From: Thermodesulfobacteriota bacterium
GTDB taxonomy: Bacteria; Desulfobacterota; Desulfobacteria; Desulfobacterales; SURF-7
Length of the DNA: 64,000 bases
Assembly (NCBI GenBank): GCA_049320885.1
Contig: JBMORA010000064.1
Coordinates: forward strand, 133,406 to 197,405
Reading direction: 5' to 3'
Shown here one piece after another: positions 38,764 through 49,283 of the stretch. The notes beneath the pieces are model-generated. The model was not told the origin of the DNA and did not search any database. It saw nothing but the letters and a program-made list of their open reading frames with translations. The position numbers were made by a program, and so were the translations under genes. The first letter of the stretch is position 1; every line of letters starts with the position of its first letter.

Positions 38764-40335
38764 ATGCCGCACAGGGCTAGCAGCATTGCCGTCATTGGTT
38801 CCGGGTACTGGGGCAAGAATCTGATTCGCAACTACCATGAACTCGGTGTTCTCCGGATGATTTGCGATAAGAACGAAATCGTTTTGTCGCAGTTCAAGGA
38901 ACAATATCCAGACACTGAAATCTGTCTTTCCATTCAGGACGTGCTTTCCCGGGCGGATATTCAGGGCGTGGTCATTGCCACGCCGGCGGAAACCCATTTT
39001 GTTCTGGCCCGGGAAGCGCTGCTTGCGGGCAAGCATGTCTACGTGGAAAAACCGTTGGTACTGGAGGAGAATGAGGCGGAAGAACTGATCGCCCTTGGCA
39101 AGGCAAACGGGTTGATCCTGATGGTCGGGCATTTGCTGCAGTATCATCCGATTTTTGTAAAGCTGAGGGAATTAACCACCGCCGGCGAATTGGGGCGGAT
39201 CCATTATATTTATTCCCACCGCCTCAATCTCGGGAAAATCCGCCGTGAGGAAAATATTCTGTGGTCTTTCGCGCCCCATGATATTTCCATGATACTTACC
39301 CTTGCCGGCGAGGAGCCCGAGCATATTCTGGCCACCGGCGGCAATTATCTTCATCATAAAATCGCCGATGTCACCACCACACATCTGGAATTCCCCTCGG
39401 GTTTGAGAGCGCATACGTTTGTGTCGTGGCTTCATCCGTTCAAGGTACAGCAGCTGGTGGTTGTAGGCGACCGCAAGATGGCCGTTTTTGACGATATCCA
39501 GCCCTGGCAGGACAAACTACTGGTCTATCCCCATGAAATCCGGTGGCAGAACCATATTCCGGTTCCAGGCAAGGCCGAGCCGGAAAGATTCGTCATCCCC
39601 CAGGCGGAACCGTTGCGCCTGGAATGCGAGACCTTCCTGGAGTGCATTGCCAGCGGGAAAAAACCCATAACGGATGGCAAGGAAGGTCTTCGGGTCCTCA
39701 AGGTCCTGAAGGCCGGTCAGTATTCCATGAACCATCGCGGCGCCGCGGTTTCACCGGGGGAGACACCCGTTTCCGGCTCCAAAGCTTTTGTTCATCCCAG
39801 CGCCGTTGTCGATAAGGGATGTGTCATTGGAAGAGACGTCAAAATCTGGCATTTTTCCCATGTGCTGTCCGGCTCCACAATTGGAGCTAATTGCAATATC
39901 GGCCAGAACGTAATGATCGGTCCGGATGTCGTGATTGGTAGAGGGTGCAAGATTCAGAACAATGTTTCTGTTTATCTGGGCGTGACACTGGAGGACTTCG
40001 TTTTTTGCGGGCCATCGGTGGTGTTCACCAATATTTACAATCCCAGGGCGGAAATCCGAAAAATGGATCAGGTGCGGCCGACCCTGGTAAAAACCGGAGC
40101 GACTTTGGGGGCGAACTGCACCATCGTCTGCGGTGTGACCATCGGTAGATATGCATTTATCGGAGCCGGAACTGTGGTTACGAAAAATATTCCGGATCAT
40201 GCGCTGATTGTCGGGAATCCGGGAGTACAGATCGGCTGGGTTTGCCGTTGCGGGGAAAGATTATCGGATGGGTTTTCTTGCACGGCATGCAACCGGTTAT
40301 ATTCGCTGTCTGATGGAAAAATGGAAGAAAGATAG
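38764..40335 (+). CDS. Fusion of Gfo/Idh/MocA oxidoreductase and hexapeptide N-acetyltransferase (WbpB-WbpD-like)
   Basis: N-terminal IGSGYWG, HVYVEKP and APHD; C-terminal left-handed beta-helix with [28 protein letters not shown] and VGNP...GWVC.CG. Confidence 0.88.
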   Translation: MPHRASSIAVIGSGYWGKNLIRNYHELGVLRMICDKNEIVLSQFKEQYPDTEICLSIQDVLSRADIQGVVIATPAETHFVLAREALLAGKHVYVEKPLVLEENEAEELIALGKANGLILMVGHLLQYHPIFVKLRELTTAGELGRIHYIYSHRLNLGKIRREENILWSFAPHDISMILTLAGEEPEHILATGGNYLHHKIADVTTTHLEFPSGLRAHTFVSWLHPFKVQQLVVVGDRKMAVFDDIQPWQDKLLVYPHEIRWQNHIPVPGKAEPERFVIPQAEPLRLECETFLECIASGKKPITDGKEGLRVLKVLKAGQYSMNHRGAAVSPGETPVSGSKAFVHPSAVVDKGCVIGRDVKIWHFSHVLSGSTIGANCNIGQNVMIGPDVVIGRGCKIQNNVSVYLGVTLEDFVFCGPSVVFTNIYNPRAEIRKMDQVRPTLVKTGATLGANCTIVCGVTIGRYAFIGAGTVVTKNIPDHALIVGNPGVQIGWVCRCGERLSDGFSCTACNRLYSLSDGKMEER

Positions 40336-40418
40336 CAGCATCGGCAACAGCTGCCGGGGCGGGTTCATAAAATGAGGCGGTCAAAGGCAATGCCGTTGAA
40401 AAAATACCACGGGAAGAG

Positions 40419-41858
40419 GTGAGGGAATTGAAAACGGGAGGCAGTTTTTCAAAGGATATGCTAAAACTGGTTTCCGGTTTTTCCATCGTTCAGTTGTTAA
40501 ACCTTCTCGCCGCTCCGCTGCTGACCCGCCTTTACTCACCGGAATCTTTCGGAGCCGTCGCCCTTTTCATTTCCATTACCAGCATCATAAGCGCCATTGC
40601 CTGCATGCGTTACGAACTCGCCATCGTTTTGCCGGAAGACGACGAGGAAGCCGCCAATATATTCGTTTTGAGCCTGGTCATCAGCGTCATGATCACGATC
40701 GTGACGGCGGTAGTGGTCATCTTGGGACGAAACATTATCCTGGATCTTTTGGATATAACCATCTTATCGCCTTACCTCTACTTGATTCCCATTGCAGTTC
40801 AACTTACCGGTATTTCCATGGCGTTATCCTATTGGAGCTCCAGGAAAAAAAGATTTGGAACTCTTTCCGTTTCAAAGGTGGGAGGCTCCCTGGCGATGAC
40901 AGCGGTCGCTCTTGGAGGCGGGGTCGCCGGCATTGCGACCCATGGAACGATGATCGGTTCAAATCTGGCGGGGCAGTTGGTTTCGATGATCATTCTGGGG
41001 ATGAAGTCCTGGCGCGATGACTGGAGATATGCCGTTGCTACCGTTCGGTGGCGGGCGATATCGGCGGGCATGAAGCGTCATCGCAATTTTCCTCTATATA
41101 GCAGCTGGTCGGCCTTGCTCAATGTGCTATCATGGCAATTGCCGGTATTTCTGTTATCGATGTTTTTTTCACCAACAGTGGTTGGATACTACTCATTTGG
41201 GTTTCGGATTTTACAATTACCGATGAATTTGATCGGCAGCGCCATTTCCCAGGTTTTTTTCCAGCGGGCGGCGGAAGCCCGTCATGACGGGAAACTGGCT
41301 GTCTTGGTTGAGGACTTGTTTCGCAGATTGGTGATGTTCGGCCTTTTCCCGATGTTGATGCTGACAATAGCGGGCCGTGATTTATATCGGCTCGTTTTCG
41401 GAGAGAACTGGTCGGAGGCAGGTGTTTATACTCAAATTTTAGGCCTCTGGGCTTTTCTGTGGTTTATTTCTTCGCCTTTAAGCACCCTTTTCGCTGTCTT
41501 GGAGAAACAGGATTTCGGCTTCAAGCTGAACATTGTGCTGCTGGCAACAAGATTGCTCAGTCTCGTACTGGGGGGATTTCTGGGCAATGCACGACTATCC
41601 TTGATATTGTTCTCGCTGACCGGAATATTGATTTATGGATATTTATGTTATGCAATCATGGCCCATGCAGGCGTGGCACGAAAAGCAGTCGTCACTGTTA
41701 TATTGGATGGCTTGAAGCCGATCCTCCCGTTTCTGGTCGTTCAACTGGTGGTGCAGCTTGTCAGCCAGGACATTTGGCAAAAAAATATTTCCGTTGGGAT
41801 CCTATCTGTATTATACTTGGCATACTTATATAAAAAACAAGTGAAGGGTTCAGGATGA
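40419..41858 (+). CDS. Oligosaccharide flippase (Wzx family)
   Basis: PLLTRLYSPESFG, RYELAI and VGYYS...RILQLP motifs; many hydrophobic segments. Confidence 0.92.
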   Translation: MRELKTGGSFSKDMLKLVSGFSIVQLLNLLAAPLLTRLYSPESFGAVALFISITSIISAIACMRYELAIVLPEDDEEAANIFVLSLVISVMITIVTAVVVILGRNIILDLLDITILSPYLYLIPIAVQLTGISMALSYWSSRKKRFGTLSVSKVGGSLAMTAVALGGGVAGIATHGTMIGSNLAGQLVSMIILGMKSWRDDWRYAVATVRWRAISAGMKRHRNFPLYSSWSALLNVLSWQLPVFLLSMFFSPTVVGYYSFGFRILQLPMNLIGSAISQVFFQRAAEARHDGKLAVLVEDLFRRLVMFGLFPMLMLTIAGRDLYRLVFGENWSEAGVYTQILGLWAFLWFISSPLSTLFAVLEKQDFGFKLNIVLLATRLLSLVLGGFLGNARLSLILFSLTGILIYGYLCYAIMAHAGVARKAVVTVILDGLKPILPFLVVQLVVQLVSQDIWQKNISVGILSVLYLAYLYKKQVKGSG

Positions 41859-42562
41859 ATCCATCGATTGATGTTCTTCCGGATGACTATTATGAAGCCT
41901 TGGGGATGCCGAAGCCTTTTAAGCCATTTGGGCTATTGGATTTTTATCGGTTTTACATGGCTTGCCGAGAACTGGCTTCCGGTTCGGTGCTGGATGTAGG
42001 CGCCTATTACGGTGATTTTTTGAAAATGGCCGCCAAGAACGGGCGCGAAATTTCTGGCACGGAAATCAATCAAAAAAGAGTCGATCTGGCCAACTCAATT
42101 CTCGCAAAAAATTGTGTCCGACTGGACTTCCGGAACGGGAAGCTATCGAGTTTCCAGGAGGACGATGTGGACAATACGGTGTGTACGGAGGTTATTGAGC
42201 ACGTTCCCGACGATCGGTCGGCATTGAAGGAACTTTGCCGTGTAACCCGGAAAAAAGTCATTGTGACCGTGCCCTTTAAAGAAACAATAAACAAGGTCCT
42301 CTGTGTTCATTGTTCTCAATACACCCCCTATTCAGGGCATTTGCATACATATGATTTCGCGACCATCGAGAATATGGTGCCCGAAGGCTGGGTGATCCGG
42401 AAGAAAACCTCGTTTGCAAAAAAAATGACTTTTTTGCTTTTCGGCCGAATGAAGCTGCCGGCTCATCCCTTCCTTCTATCGATCATGCATGGGATTGACA
42501 TGGTGTTTCCCGGCGATGGTCGCTGGCTCTTACTGGTGCTTACTCCGGTGACACCGAAATAG
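41855..42562 (+). CDS. Class I SAM-dependent methyltransferase
   Basis: VLDVGAYYG, CTEVIEHV and EL.RV...VIVTVP motifs. Confidence 0.88.
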   Translation: MNPSIDVLPDDYYEALGMPKPFKPFGLLDFYRFYMACRELASGSVLDVGAYYGDFLKMAAKNGREISGTEINQKRVDLANSILAKNCVRLDFRNGKLSSFQEDDVDNTVCTEVIEHVPDDRSALKELCRVTRKKVIVTVPFKETINKVLCVHCSQYTPYSGHLHTYDFATIENMVPEGWVIRKKTSFAKKMTFLLFGRMKLPAHPFLLSIMHGIDMVFPGDGRWLLLVLTPVTPK

Positions 42563-42630
42563 GAAAGCAGGAAGTGAGAAAATGCCCGGCATGCGAAAAA
42601 ACCTGAACTGGTTCCAATACGGGGAAAATC

Positions 42631-43245
42631 ATGCAGCAAGGCATTTCTGATTGCCAGGCTCTCCATCTTCGTTTCAAAGGAGCGAGGAATTATCTCCACG
42701 GTAGCGATATTTACAATGCCGTGAATGATGTCGCCTCCTTGTTGGTGAGGCGGGTCGACGCCTATCTTTCTAACCTTGTTTTCCGAAAATTCGTCCGAAA
42801 AGATTGTAATGTCTGTCTGCTACCACCCGAGAATGAGCGAACCATCGTGGGAACGGGGAGAATTCGTTCGGGAAATGAGGAGCCGAGGAAAATTTGGATA
42901 GCGGAAACGGAACGGATGGTGTTTGAACGCTACGAGTTTATTGAGAGTGAGATCACTTCCGCGGCCATCGATGGGAAAAACCGGATCCGGCTGGAAATAA
43001 AGACCGGCTATACACCCATTGAGGAAGTCATTGCCCTTACGAAGTCCCTCAGCTACCGACTGGTCCCCGATATTTCCGGGAAATGGCTTTTCGCCCAGCT
43101 GGATCTGACCCATCCTTTCAAGAAGGAACGAAAAAACCTCGCAATCGTCCAAAAATCCGTTTTGGCGAAACGATTTTCGGATAATGAAATCTTTCAGGAT
43201 GATGAATATGCGGGAAACATACGATTCATTGTAGGTGAACCGTGA
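42631..43245 (+). CDS. Hypothetical protein coupled to the FabH-like gene
   Basis: 204-aa soluble ORF whose stop overlaps the next GTG; motif FKGARNYLHGSD; family not recognised. Confidence 0.75.
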   Translation: MQQGISDCQALHLRFKGARNYLHGSDIYNAVNDVASLLVRRVDAYLSNLVFRKFVRKDCNVCLLPPENERTIVGTGRIRSGNEEPRKIWIAETERMVFERYEFIESEITSAAIDGKNRIRLEIKTGYTPIEEVIALTKSLSYRLVPDISGKWLFAQLDLTHPFKKERKNLAIVQKSVLAKRFSDNEIFQDDEYAGNIRFIVGEP

Positions 43246-44180
43246 TCGGTATCAGCCATATCGCAAGCCATATCCCATCAATATGTATGGACAACATTCA
43301 ACTTGGCCGCGAATTCGGCCAATCCGAGGACTTCATCAGAAAAAAAATCGGGGCTGTAAGGCTTCCCCGGAAGGACGCTGATGAAGAAACCTCCGATATG
43401 GCGGTGGCAGCCATAAGGAAATTGATTGAGAAAACCAATTTGCCATTTTCGAAAATCGAGGCAATTGCCCTTGTAACGCAAAATGGCGACGGATTCGGCC
43501 TGCCCCATACTTCGGCAATTCTTCACCGGAAGCTATCGTTGCCCCCCACAGTTGCGGTTTTCGATATCTCGCTGGGTTGCTCCGGGTATGTATATGGGTT
43601 GTCCGTTTTGAAAGGATTTTTGGAAGCCGCCGGTATGAAAAGTGGAATTTTGATAACGGCGGATCCCTATTCCAGGATTGTCGACCGGACGGACAAGAAC
43701 ACGGCGCTCCTTTTCGGTGATGCGGCAACGGCTACGCTTCTCGAGAATGGGGCTGAATGGAGAATCGGGCGTCCGCTTTTCTGGACGGACGGAGCCGGGG
43801 CGGAATATCTGCGGGTTCATGATGGCAGGCTGGTTATGAACGGACGGCAGGTTTTCAATTTCGCAGTTTCAAATGTTCCCCGCCAGATCGTCGAGTTGCT
43901 TGAAAAGGAGGGGTTCCGGCAGGAGGATATGGATCTGTATTGCCTCCATCAGGGAAGTGCCGCTATTGTGGAGGCCATTGCCAGGCATTTCCCGACGGTG
44001 AAGGATCGTTTCCCGTCCGGCATCGAAGCTACCGGCAATACGGTTTCTTCTTCCATACCGCTTTTGCTGGAGGGATTTTTATTTGATTCGGATATCAATC
44101 GAATCGTATTGAGCGGTTTTGGCGTTGGATTTTCCTTGGCAACGACAATACTACAAAGAAAAGGGCTTTGTCATGATTAA
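43242..44180 (+). CDS. 3-oxoacyl-ACP synthase III (FabH-like)
   Basis: Cys-His-Asn triad in DISLGCSGY, LHQGS and GNTVSSS; also LFGDAA and SGFGVG. Confidence 0.92.
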   Translation: MIGISHIASHIPSICMDNIQLGREFGQSEDFIRKKIGAVRLPRKDADEETSDMAVAAIRKLIEKTNLPFSKIEAIALVTQNGDGFGLPHTSAILHRKLSLPPTVAVFDISLGCSGYVYGLSVLKGFLEAAGMKSGILITADPYSRIVDRTDKNTALLFGDAATATLLENGAEWRIGRPLFWTDGAGAEYLRVHDGRLVMNGRQVFNFAVSNVPRQIVELLEKEGFRQEDMDLYCLHQGSAAIVEAIARHFPTVKDRFPSGIEATGNTVSSSIPLLLEGFLFDSDINRIVLSGFGVGFSLATTILQRKGLCHD

Positions 44181-44406
44181 CGAGGGGCAGATCCGCGCCG
44201 CAATGAAAGCAGCCGGCGTCGACATCAATGTGGACAAAATAGCGGTGGATACCTCACTTCGGGATGCCGGTATGGACAGCCTGGATATGTTCAATCTTTT
44301 TTTGGAGATTGAAACCGCCTTTCAAATCAAAATTCCGGATGAGGCCATTGAAAATCTTCAAACCATTGAGGAGATCCGGAACTACCTGAATCAAAGCGTT
44401 CGATGA
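44173..44406 (+). CDS. Acyl carrier protein
   Basis: 77 aa, acidic, with phosphopantetheine motif GMDSLD and IETAFQIKIPD. Confidence 0.93.
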   Translation: MINEGQIRAAMKAAGVDINVDKIAVDTSLRDAGMDSLDMFNLFLEIETAFQIKIPDEAIENLQTIEEIRNYLNQSVR

Positions 44407-45527
44407 TATCGTATTCATACCGGCGCTATCGACCCGGAGACGAGAGAGCTGTCAATGGACTTTATCAACTCCTTACCGGCCGGATACGATCGACAGCCGC
44501 CTACCGCTGGCAGTGGTTTCACAATCCGGCGGATAGGAGTGAAATCTGGCTGATTGAAGCCGGGCAGAATGAGGGTGACCGGGTGCTGATCGGACATCAT
44601 GGGATCATGCCCATTCCTTTTTCCATGGGCAGGGAAGATCTCCTCTTCGGTAAGACCGAGAATACATTTGTTCATCCGGATTATCGTTCCAGAATTCTCT
44701 ATCCGCGTTTTGAGAGTCGATTCCGGCAGGAATACGAGGGGAGGTTTCACGCCCTTTTTTCCACCATGGGTAGCGAGGAAGCCATCCGGCAGCGGAAGGC
44801 CCAGGGGTATCATTTTGCCGCGGCCTGGAAACAATATTGCTGGAGTGTGCATCCGGTAAGCGATGCATTTTTCCTGGTAGCCGCCCTGAGGGAACGGTTC
44901 GTTTCGTCTTTTCAACAGAAGACGGGCCGACAGAAAGCGGGGTTGCCGAGCAAGCGGAATCCGGCAGGGAAATGGAAGCATTTGAATGTGGAAATAACCT
45001 GTCATATGCCTCCGGAAACGGAACGCGTTGATTTTTTCAAAACCTTTTGGAAATCCGTCCGACACCGGTATGGCATCACTCCTTCCAGGAATTACCGGGA
45101 ATTGCGATGGCGTTTTTGGGATAATCCTTATATTTCGTATATGACATTGATCATGAACGAGCCGAATGCCGGAAGCGGCTTGGCGTTTATATGCGAACCG
45201 ATGCCGGGGATGATGCGGATAGACGATTTCATCGTGTCGCATCCCCAGACGGAATTGTATGGTTTTCTACTAAACGCGTTACTCCAATGGGCTGGGAGGC
45301 AGGGCGCGAAATTCGTTCAATTCACCACTACGGACGACAGTATTGAATGGATCGGACGCGCCAATTTCAATCCTGGAGTCAGAGAAATACTGCTGCCGGT
45401 GATTATGAATCGGTACAGGAAAAAGGAGTTGAAAATGCCGCGAAAAATCTGCGCGGCAGGCCGGAATGCCGGACTTCAGGATCGTGGATGGTATATCACC
45501 CCCATGGTTTTTGAAGGTATTCAGTAA
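44403..45527 (+). CDS. GNAT family acyltransferase (probably tandem GNAT domains)
   Basis: R.Y.PGD, Y.W....NP, VHPDYRSR and R...L.WRF..NP patterns; overlaps the ACP stop. Confidence 0.75.
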   Translation: MISYSYRRYRPGDERAVNGLYQLLTGRIRSTAAYRWQWFHNPADRSEIWLIEAGQNEGDRVLIGHHGIMPIPFSMGREDLLFGKTENTFVHPDYRSRILYPRFESRFRQEYEGRFHALFSTMGSEEAIRQRKAQGYHFAAAWKQYCWSVHPVSDAFFLVAALRERFVSSFQQKTGRQKAGLPSKRNPAGKWKHLNVEITCHMPPETERVDFFKTFWKSVRHRYGITPSRNYRELRWRFWDNPYISYMTLIMNEPNAGSGLAFICEPMPGMMRIDDFIVSHPQTELYGFLLNALLQWAGRQGAKFVQFTTTDDSIEWIGRANFNPGVREILLPVIMNRYRKKELKMPRKICAAGRNAGLQDRGWYITPMVFEGIQ

Positions 45528-45544
45528 GCTTCCCCGGGAGTGAT

Positions 45545-46987
45545 ATGCAAGCGATTCACCATCAGCGGACATCGCAAGTCATTGCGGCGGCCTGGCGGAC
45601 TCCGGCCGCGGTCAATTATTCATGGCGTCAATTGGCCTACCGTGCCGGAATTACGGATATGCAAGAGCGCCAAGGCACGGGCTTTGAGAAACTGGGGCTC
45701 CGGTTGCATTACGGCCTTCCCGGGGAGTTCGGTTGCCAGGATTCCGCCGCCATCATCGTGGTGCCTTGCCGGGAGGAAAGCTGGGACCTGTCGTCGGCAG
45801 GGGCAGTAAAAACAATCCAATGGATTCCCATCCGCGATACCCTGCCAAGAGGGGAGAGGCTTCCCATAATGGAAAAGGTGCCCGTCCTTTTTTGGGGCGG
45901 CGGTTTCGAGAACGGGGGGAAGCCTTTTGTTGAGCGCCGCGAAGACGGCGCGATTGTTTTTTATGCGGACATACTTGCAGCCGTTTTTTTCATGCTTTCC
46001 CGGTGGGAGGAGACCTCCATTTCCGTCCGTGACGCTCATGGCCGTTTCCCGGCAGCGGAAAGTTTCGCCTGGAAACAGAAATTTCTGGATCGGCCGGTGG
46101 TGGATGAATATGCTGTAATCCTGCAATCGTGGATCAAGACCATTTTACCCGGGTGGCAACCGATAAAACGGGAATACTCCGTCAAGCTCAGTCACGATAT
46201 CGACCATGTCCGCCGGTTTCCAAGTTTTTATAAAGGTGGTTTGTCATTGGCGGCGGATATTCTGAAGCGACGGGATGTCTCCAGGGCATTGCATACCATG
46301 CGGATAATGAAAAATCTGCGTGATGACCCCCTGTATAACGGTATTTTTCAGTTGGCCGACTGGTCGGAGGAAAACGGGCTTATAAGCGCATTCTATTTCA
46401 TGGGGGCGGTGTGTAAGAAGAGTGGCGCGGGATATGACCCGTGCGAAACATTTATTGAAAATTGTATAAAAATGCTCTTGGAGCGGGGACACGAAATCGG
46501 ATTCCACCCGGGATATCATACGCAGAATGATCCGATCCGCTTCCGCCGGGAGAAAAAACAGCTCGAAAGGGCTGCTGGAAAGGGGCAAATGGGAGGGCGG
46601 CAGCATTTCCTGCGTTTCCGGATCCCGGAAACATGGCGCTTGTGGGAACAGGAGGGTCTGTCGTATGATTCCACGCTGGGCTATGCCGAACATGAGGGTT
46701 TCCGGTGCGGCACCTGCCATCCATTCCGTCCCTTTGACATGGAGCAGCAGCGGGAGTTGGAAATTACCGAAATACCTCTGATTGTAATGGACGCCACCCT
46801 CAAGCAATACCGTGCTCTTACACCGGATGAGGGCCGGGACCGCATTCTTTTCCTGGCCGGGCGCTGCCGGGCGGTCGGCGGTGTTTTTACTCTTTTATGG
46901 CACAATTCCTCCCTCCAGGATGACTGGAAACCGTGGGCTGCCATGTGTCGGGAGATACTGCCTCTATTGGCGGCAATGCGCGGCTGA
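45545..46987 (+). CDS. Polysaccharide deacetylase family protein
   Basis: RDAHGRF, SHDID, HEIGFH, RQHFLR, YDSTLG, PLIVMD and LWHN motifs. Confidence 0.88.
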   Translation: MQAIHHQRTSQVIAAAWRTPAAVNYSWRQLAYRAGITDMQERQGTGFEKLGLRLHYGLPGEFGCQDSAAIIVVPCREESWDLSSAGAVKTIQWIPIRDTLPRGERLPIMEKVPVLFWGGGFENGGKPFVERREDGAIVFYADILAAVFFMLSRWEETSISVRDAHGRFPAAESFAWKQKFLDRPVVDEYAVILQSWIKTILPGWQPIKREYSVKLSHDIDHVRRFPSFYKGGLSLAADILKRRDVSRALHTMRIMKNLRDDPLYNGIFQLADWSEENGLISAFYFMGAVCKKSGAGYDPCETFIENCIKMLLERGHEIGFHPGYHTQNDPIRFRREKKQLERAAGKGQMGGRQHFLRFRIPETWRLWEQEGLSYDSTLGYAEHEGFRCGTCHPFRPFDMEQQRELEITEIPLIVMDATLKQYRALTPDEGRDRILFLAGRCRAVGGVFTLLWHNSSLQDDWKPWAAMCREILPLLAAMRG

Positions 46988-47062
46988 AAACGATACCTGG
47001 GAGTCGTTTCAACACCTTTCTGCGTTAGCGTATTCGGAAGGTTTGCATCAAAAGGCGGCACA

Positions 47063-47917
47063 ATGAAGCAACGGGAAATGCATGCATGGATAAAGCAGTT
47101 TCGGGCGAAGCACTATGGATTGTTTCGCAAGATTGTCGATCACAAAATGATTCAACAGGTACTGGTGAAAACCGTCGGTCAACTGAACCGGAAGGTGCGC
47201 ACTCCCGAAGGGTATTACGCGTATGTCAATCCTTTTTATCACAGTCAGTTTTATTCCGAAGGCAGTATCCTGGAATATGAACCGCATATCCGTAAATTCT
47301 TTGAAGGTGTTCTGCGCGACGGGATGGTTGTTTACGATATCGGGGCAAATGTGGGGATTTTTTCGCTCCTGTTTGCAAAAAAAGTAGGCAGCGGCGGCCA
47401 GGTATACGCCTTCGAACCGGAGGTGATCAATTGCTCCCGCTTGCAACTCAGCAAGGCCCATAATCATCTGACACAGCTCCGTATTGAATTCTGCTGTGTG
47501 GACGAACATACAGGCAATCAGCTGTTTGACCGCCGGGGAGGCGCCTTCTCCGGACGGATCGTCGATGCGGGCGCCATGGATACCCGCCATCATATTTCTG
47601 TGAAAAGGAGTGTCTCCATTGACGATTATGTCATTTCACAAAACAATGCTCCTCCCGATGTGGTCAAAATTGATGTGGAGGGGCATGAGTATAAGGTCCT
47701 TCGGGGGATGATGAAGACGTTGCGGGAAAACAGGCCGGTCATCATGCTGGAACTCCATCAGCAGCTGTGTGACTCCATCCCGGACATCCATGAATTGTTC
47801 GCTTCTTCCGGCTATGCATGCGGCGATTTATACGAGTTTGTTCAATCCGGATTTCGCCCTTTGAGTCTGGATGAATTCCGCCGGGCGTTTCATATCATCG
47901 CGAAGAGTGACAAATGA
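47063..47917 (+). CDS. FkbM family methyltransferase
   Basis: YDIGANVG, VYAFEP, VKIDVEGHE and VLRGM motifs. Confidence 0.93.
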   Translation: MKQREMHAWIKQFRAKHYGLFRKIVDHKMIQQVLVKTVGQLNRKVRTPEGYYAYVNPFYHSQFYSEGSILEYEPHIRKFFEGVLRDGMVVYDIGANVGIFSLLFAKKVGSGGQVYAFEPEVINCSRLQLSKAHNHLTQLRIEFCCVDEHTGNQLFDRRGGAFSGRIVDAGAMDTRHHISVKRSVSIDDYVISQNNAPPDVVKIDVEGHEYKVLRGMMKTLRENRPVIMLELHQQLCDSIPDIHELFASSGYACGDLYEFVQSGFRPLSLDEFRRAFHIIAKSDK

Positions 47918-47971
47918 TCTTTTCCCCCTGGGCTGATGCCGATCCATTCGGATAAATTACATGGAGGCAAA

Positions 47972-49264
47972 ATGAAAAAAGTTTTGTTGATCACGTATAT
48001 GTTTCCACCGATCGCCGGTGGAGGGATTCAACGAACACTGAAATTCATCAAGTATCTGCCGGCCAATGGCATAACGCCCATTGTTTTCTGCCCCGAGCGG
48101 GCATTCTGGATGGCCATGGATCATCATAATCTGGAACTCCCATATCTGAAGAAAACGAGAATCCATCGATGCGGAGTCCACGCCTTGGCCAGATATTACC
48201 GGTTACGGTATGAAAAGGGACTGCGCAACCATCCGTATTTTTACTGGCTGGGCCTTCGGTATATCTGGCGCATGGATTATTTCAGCAGCTGGTATCTGGA
48301 ATGCCGCCGGCGGGCCCTATCCGTGGCCGAGGAGGAAAAGGTCGATTGTGTTTTTACAACTTCCCCTCCCCACAGCGTCCATTTTTTCGGCAGCTATCTG
48401 AAAGCAAAACTGGGGATTCCCTGGCTGATGGATCTGCGGGACGCCATGAAAGTGAACCCGCATCGGGATCTCTCGAAAATCAGCGGACGGCTGGAAGCAT
48501 TTATGGAAGGATTTTACGAAAAAAAATTTTATCGGCAGGCCGATGCCGTTATCTCCGTATCGCAACCGATCCTGGATTCCATCTGCAAGCGGCAGCCATT
48601 CCATGGATGTGGCGGGAAGACGCATTTGATCACCAATGGGTTTGATGATGAGGATTTCCAGCACATCGGCAGTGGGAAAATGTCCGGAAACGGCAGGCTG
48701 GTGATTACCTATACCGGTTCATTTTTAGGCAAACAAACGCCGGAACATTTTTTGACAGCCCTTTCAGCACTTTGCGTCCGGAAGGAAATCGATCCAAGGG
48801 ATATCCACGTAAGATTCATCGGACATTATGATGAAGGCGTTTGTTCCCTGATACGCAGTCATGCGACCGCTTTTGAAGCCCAGATCATCAGCCATCAGCC
48901 GTATGATAAAGCACTCGCCTACCAGGCGGATTCGGACCTCCTCTTGCTGGTGAACAGTATTGACAAGGATCAGGGCGGCGATCAGATTTTCACGGGAAAA
49001 TTTTTTGAATATTTGGGGGCAATGAGACCTATTTTCGCTTTGACGCCTGATGGGCCGCTGAAAGAAACGATCGAGAAAGGAAGGTTCGGCGTGGTTGTCC
49101 CGCCGCGGGATATCGATGCCATCGCTATAAAAATGAAAGAATTGTATGCGGCCTGGCAAAGTGAAAAGCGACTTCCGTACGATCCGGATATGGAATTGAG
49201 AAACGGTTTTACACGTAAAAAACTGGCTGAAAAACTCGCCTCACTTATACAAGAGTGCGCGTAA
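47972..49264 (+). CDS. GT4 family glycosyltransferase
   Basis: FPP..GGG.QR, TSPP, DLRD, ITNGFD and GKFFEYL motifs; GGAGG before ATG 47972. Confidence 0.9.
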   Translation: MKKVLLITYMFPPIAGGGIQRTLKFIKYLPANGITPIVFCPERAFWMAMDHHNLELPYLKKTRIHRCGVHALARYYRLRYEKGLRNHPYFYWLGLRYIWRMDYFSSWYLECRRRALSVAEEEKVDCVFTTSPPHSVHFFGSYLKAKLGIPWLMDLRDAMKVNPHRDLSKISGRLEAFMEGFYEKKFYRQADAVISVSQPILDSICKRQPFHGCGGKTHLITNGFDDEDFQHIGSGKMSGNGRLVITYTGSFLGKQTPEHFLTALSALCVRKEIDPRDIHVRFIGHYDEGVCSLIRSHATAFEAQIISHQPYDKALAYQADSDLLLLVNSIDKDQGGDQIFTGKFFEYLGAMRPIFALTPDGPLKETIEKGRFGVVVPPRDIDAIAIKMKELYAAWQSEKRLPYDPDMELRNGFTRKKLAEKLASLIQECA

Positions 49265-49283
49265 AAAAAGCAGTTTTAATGGG

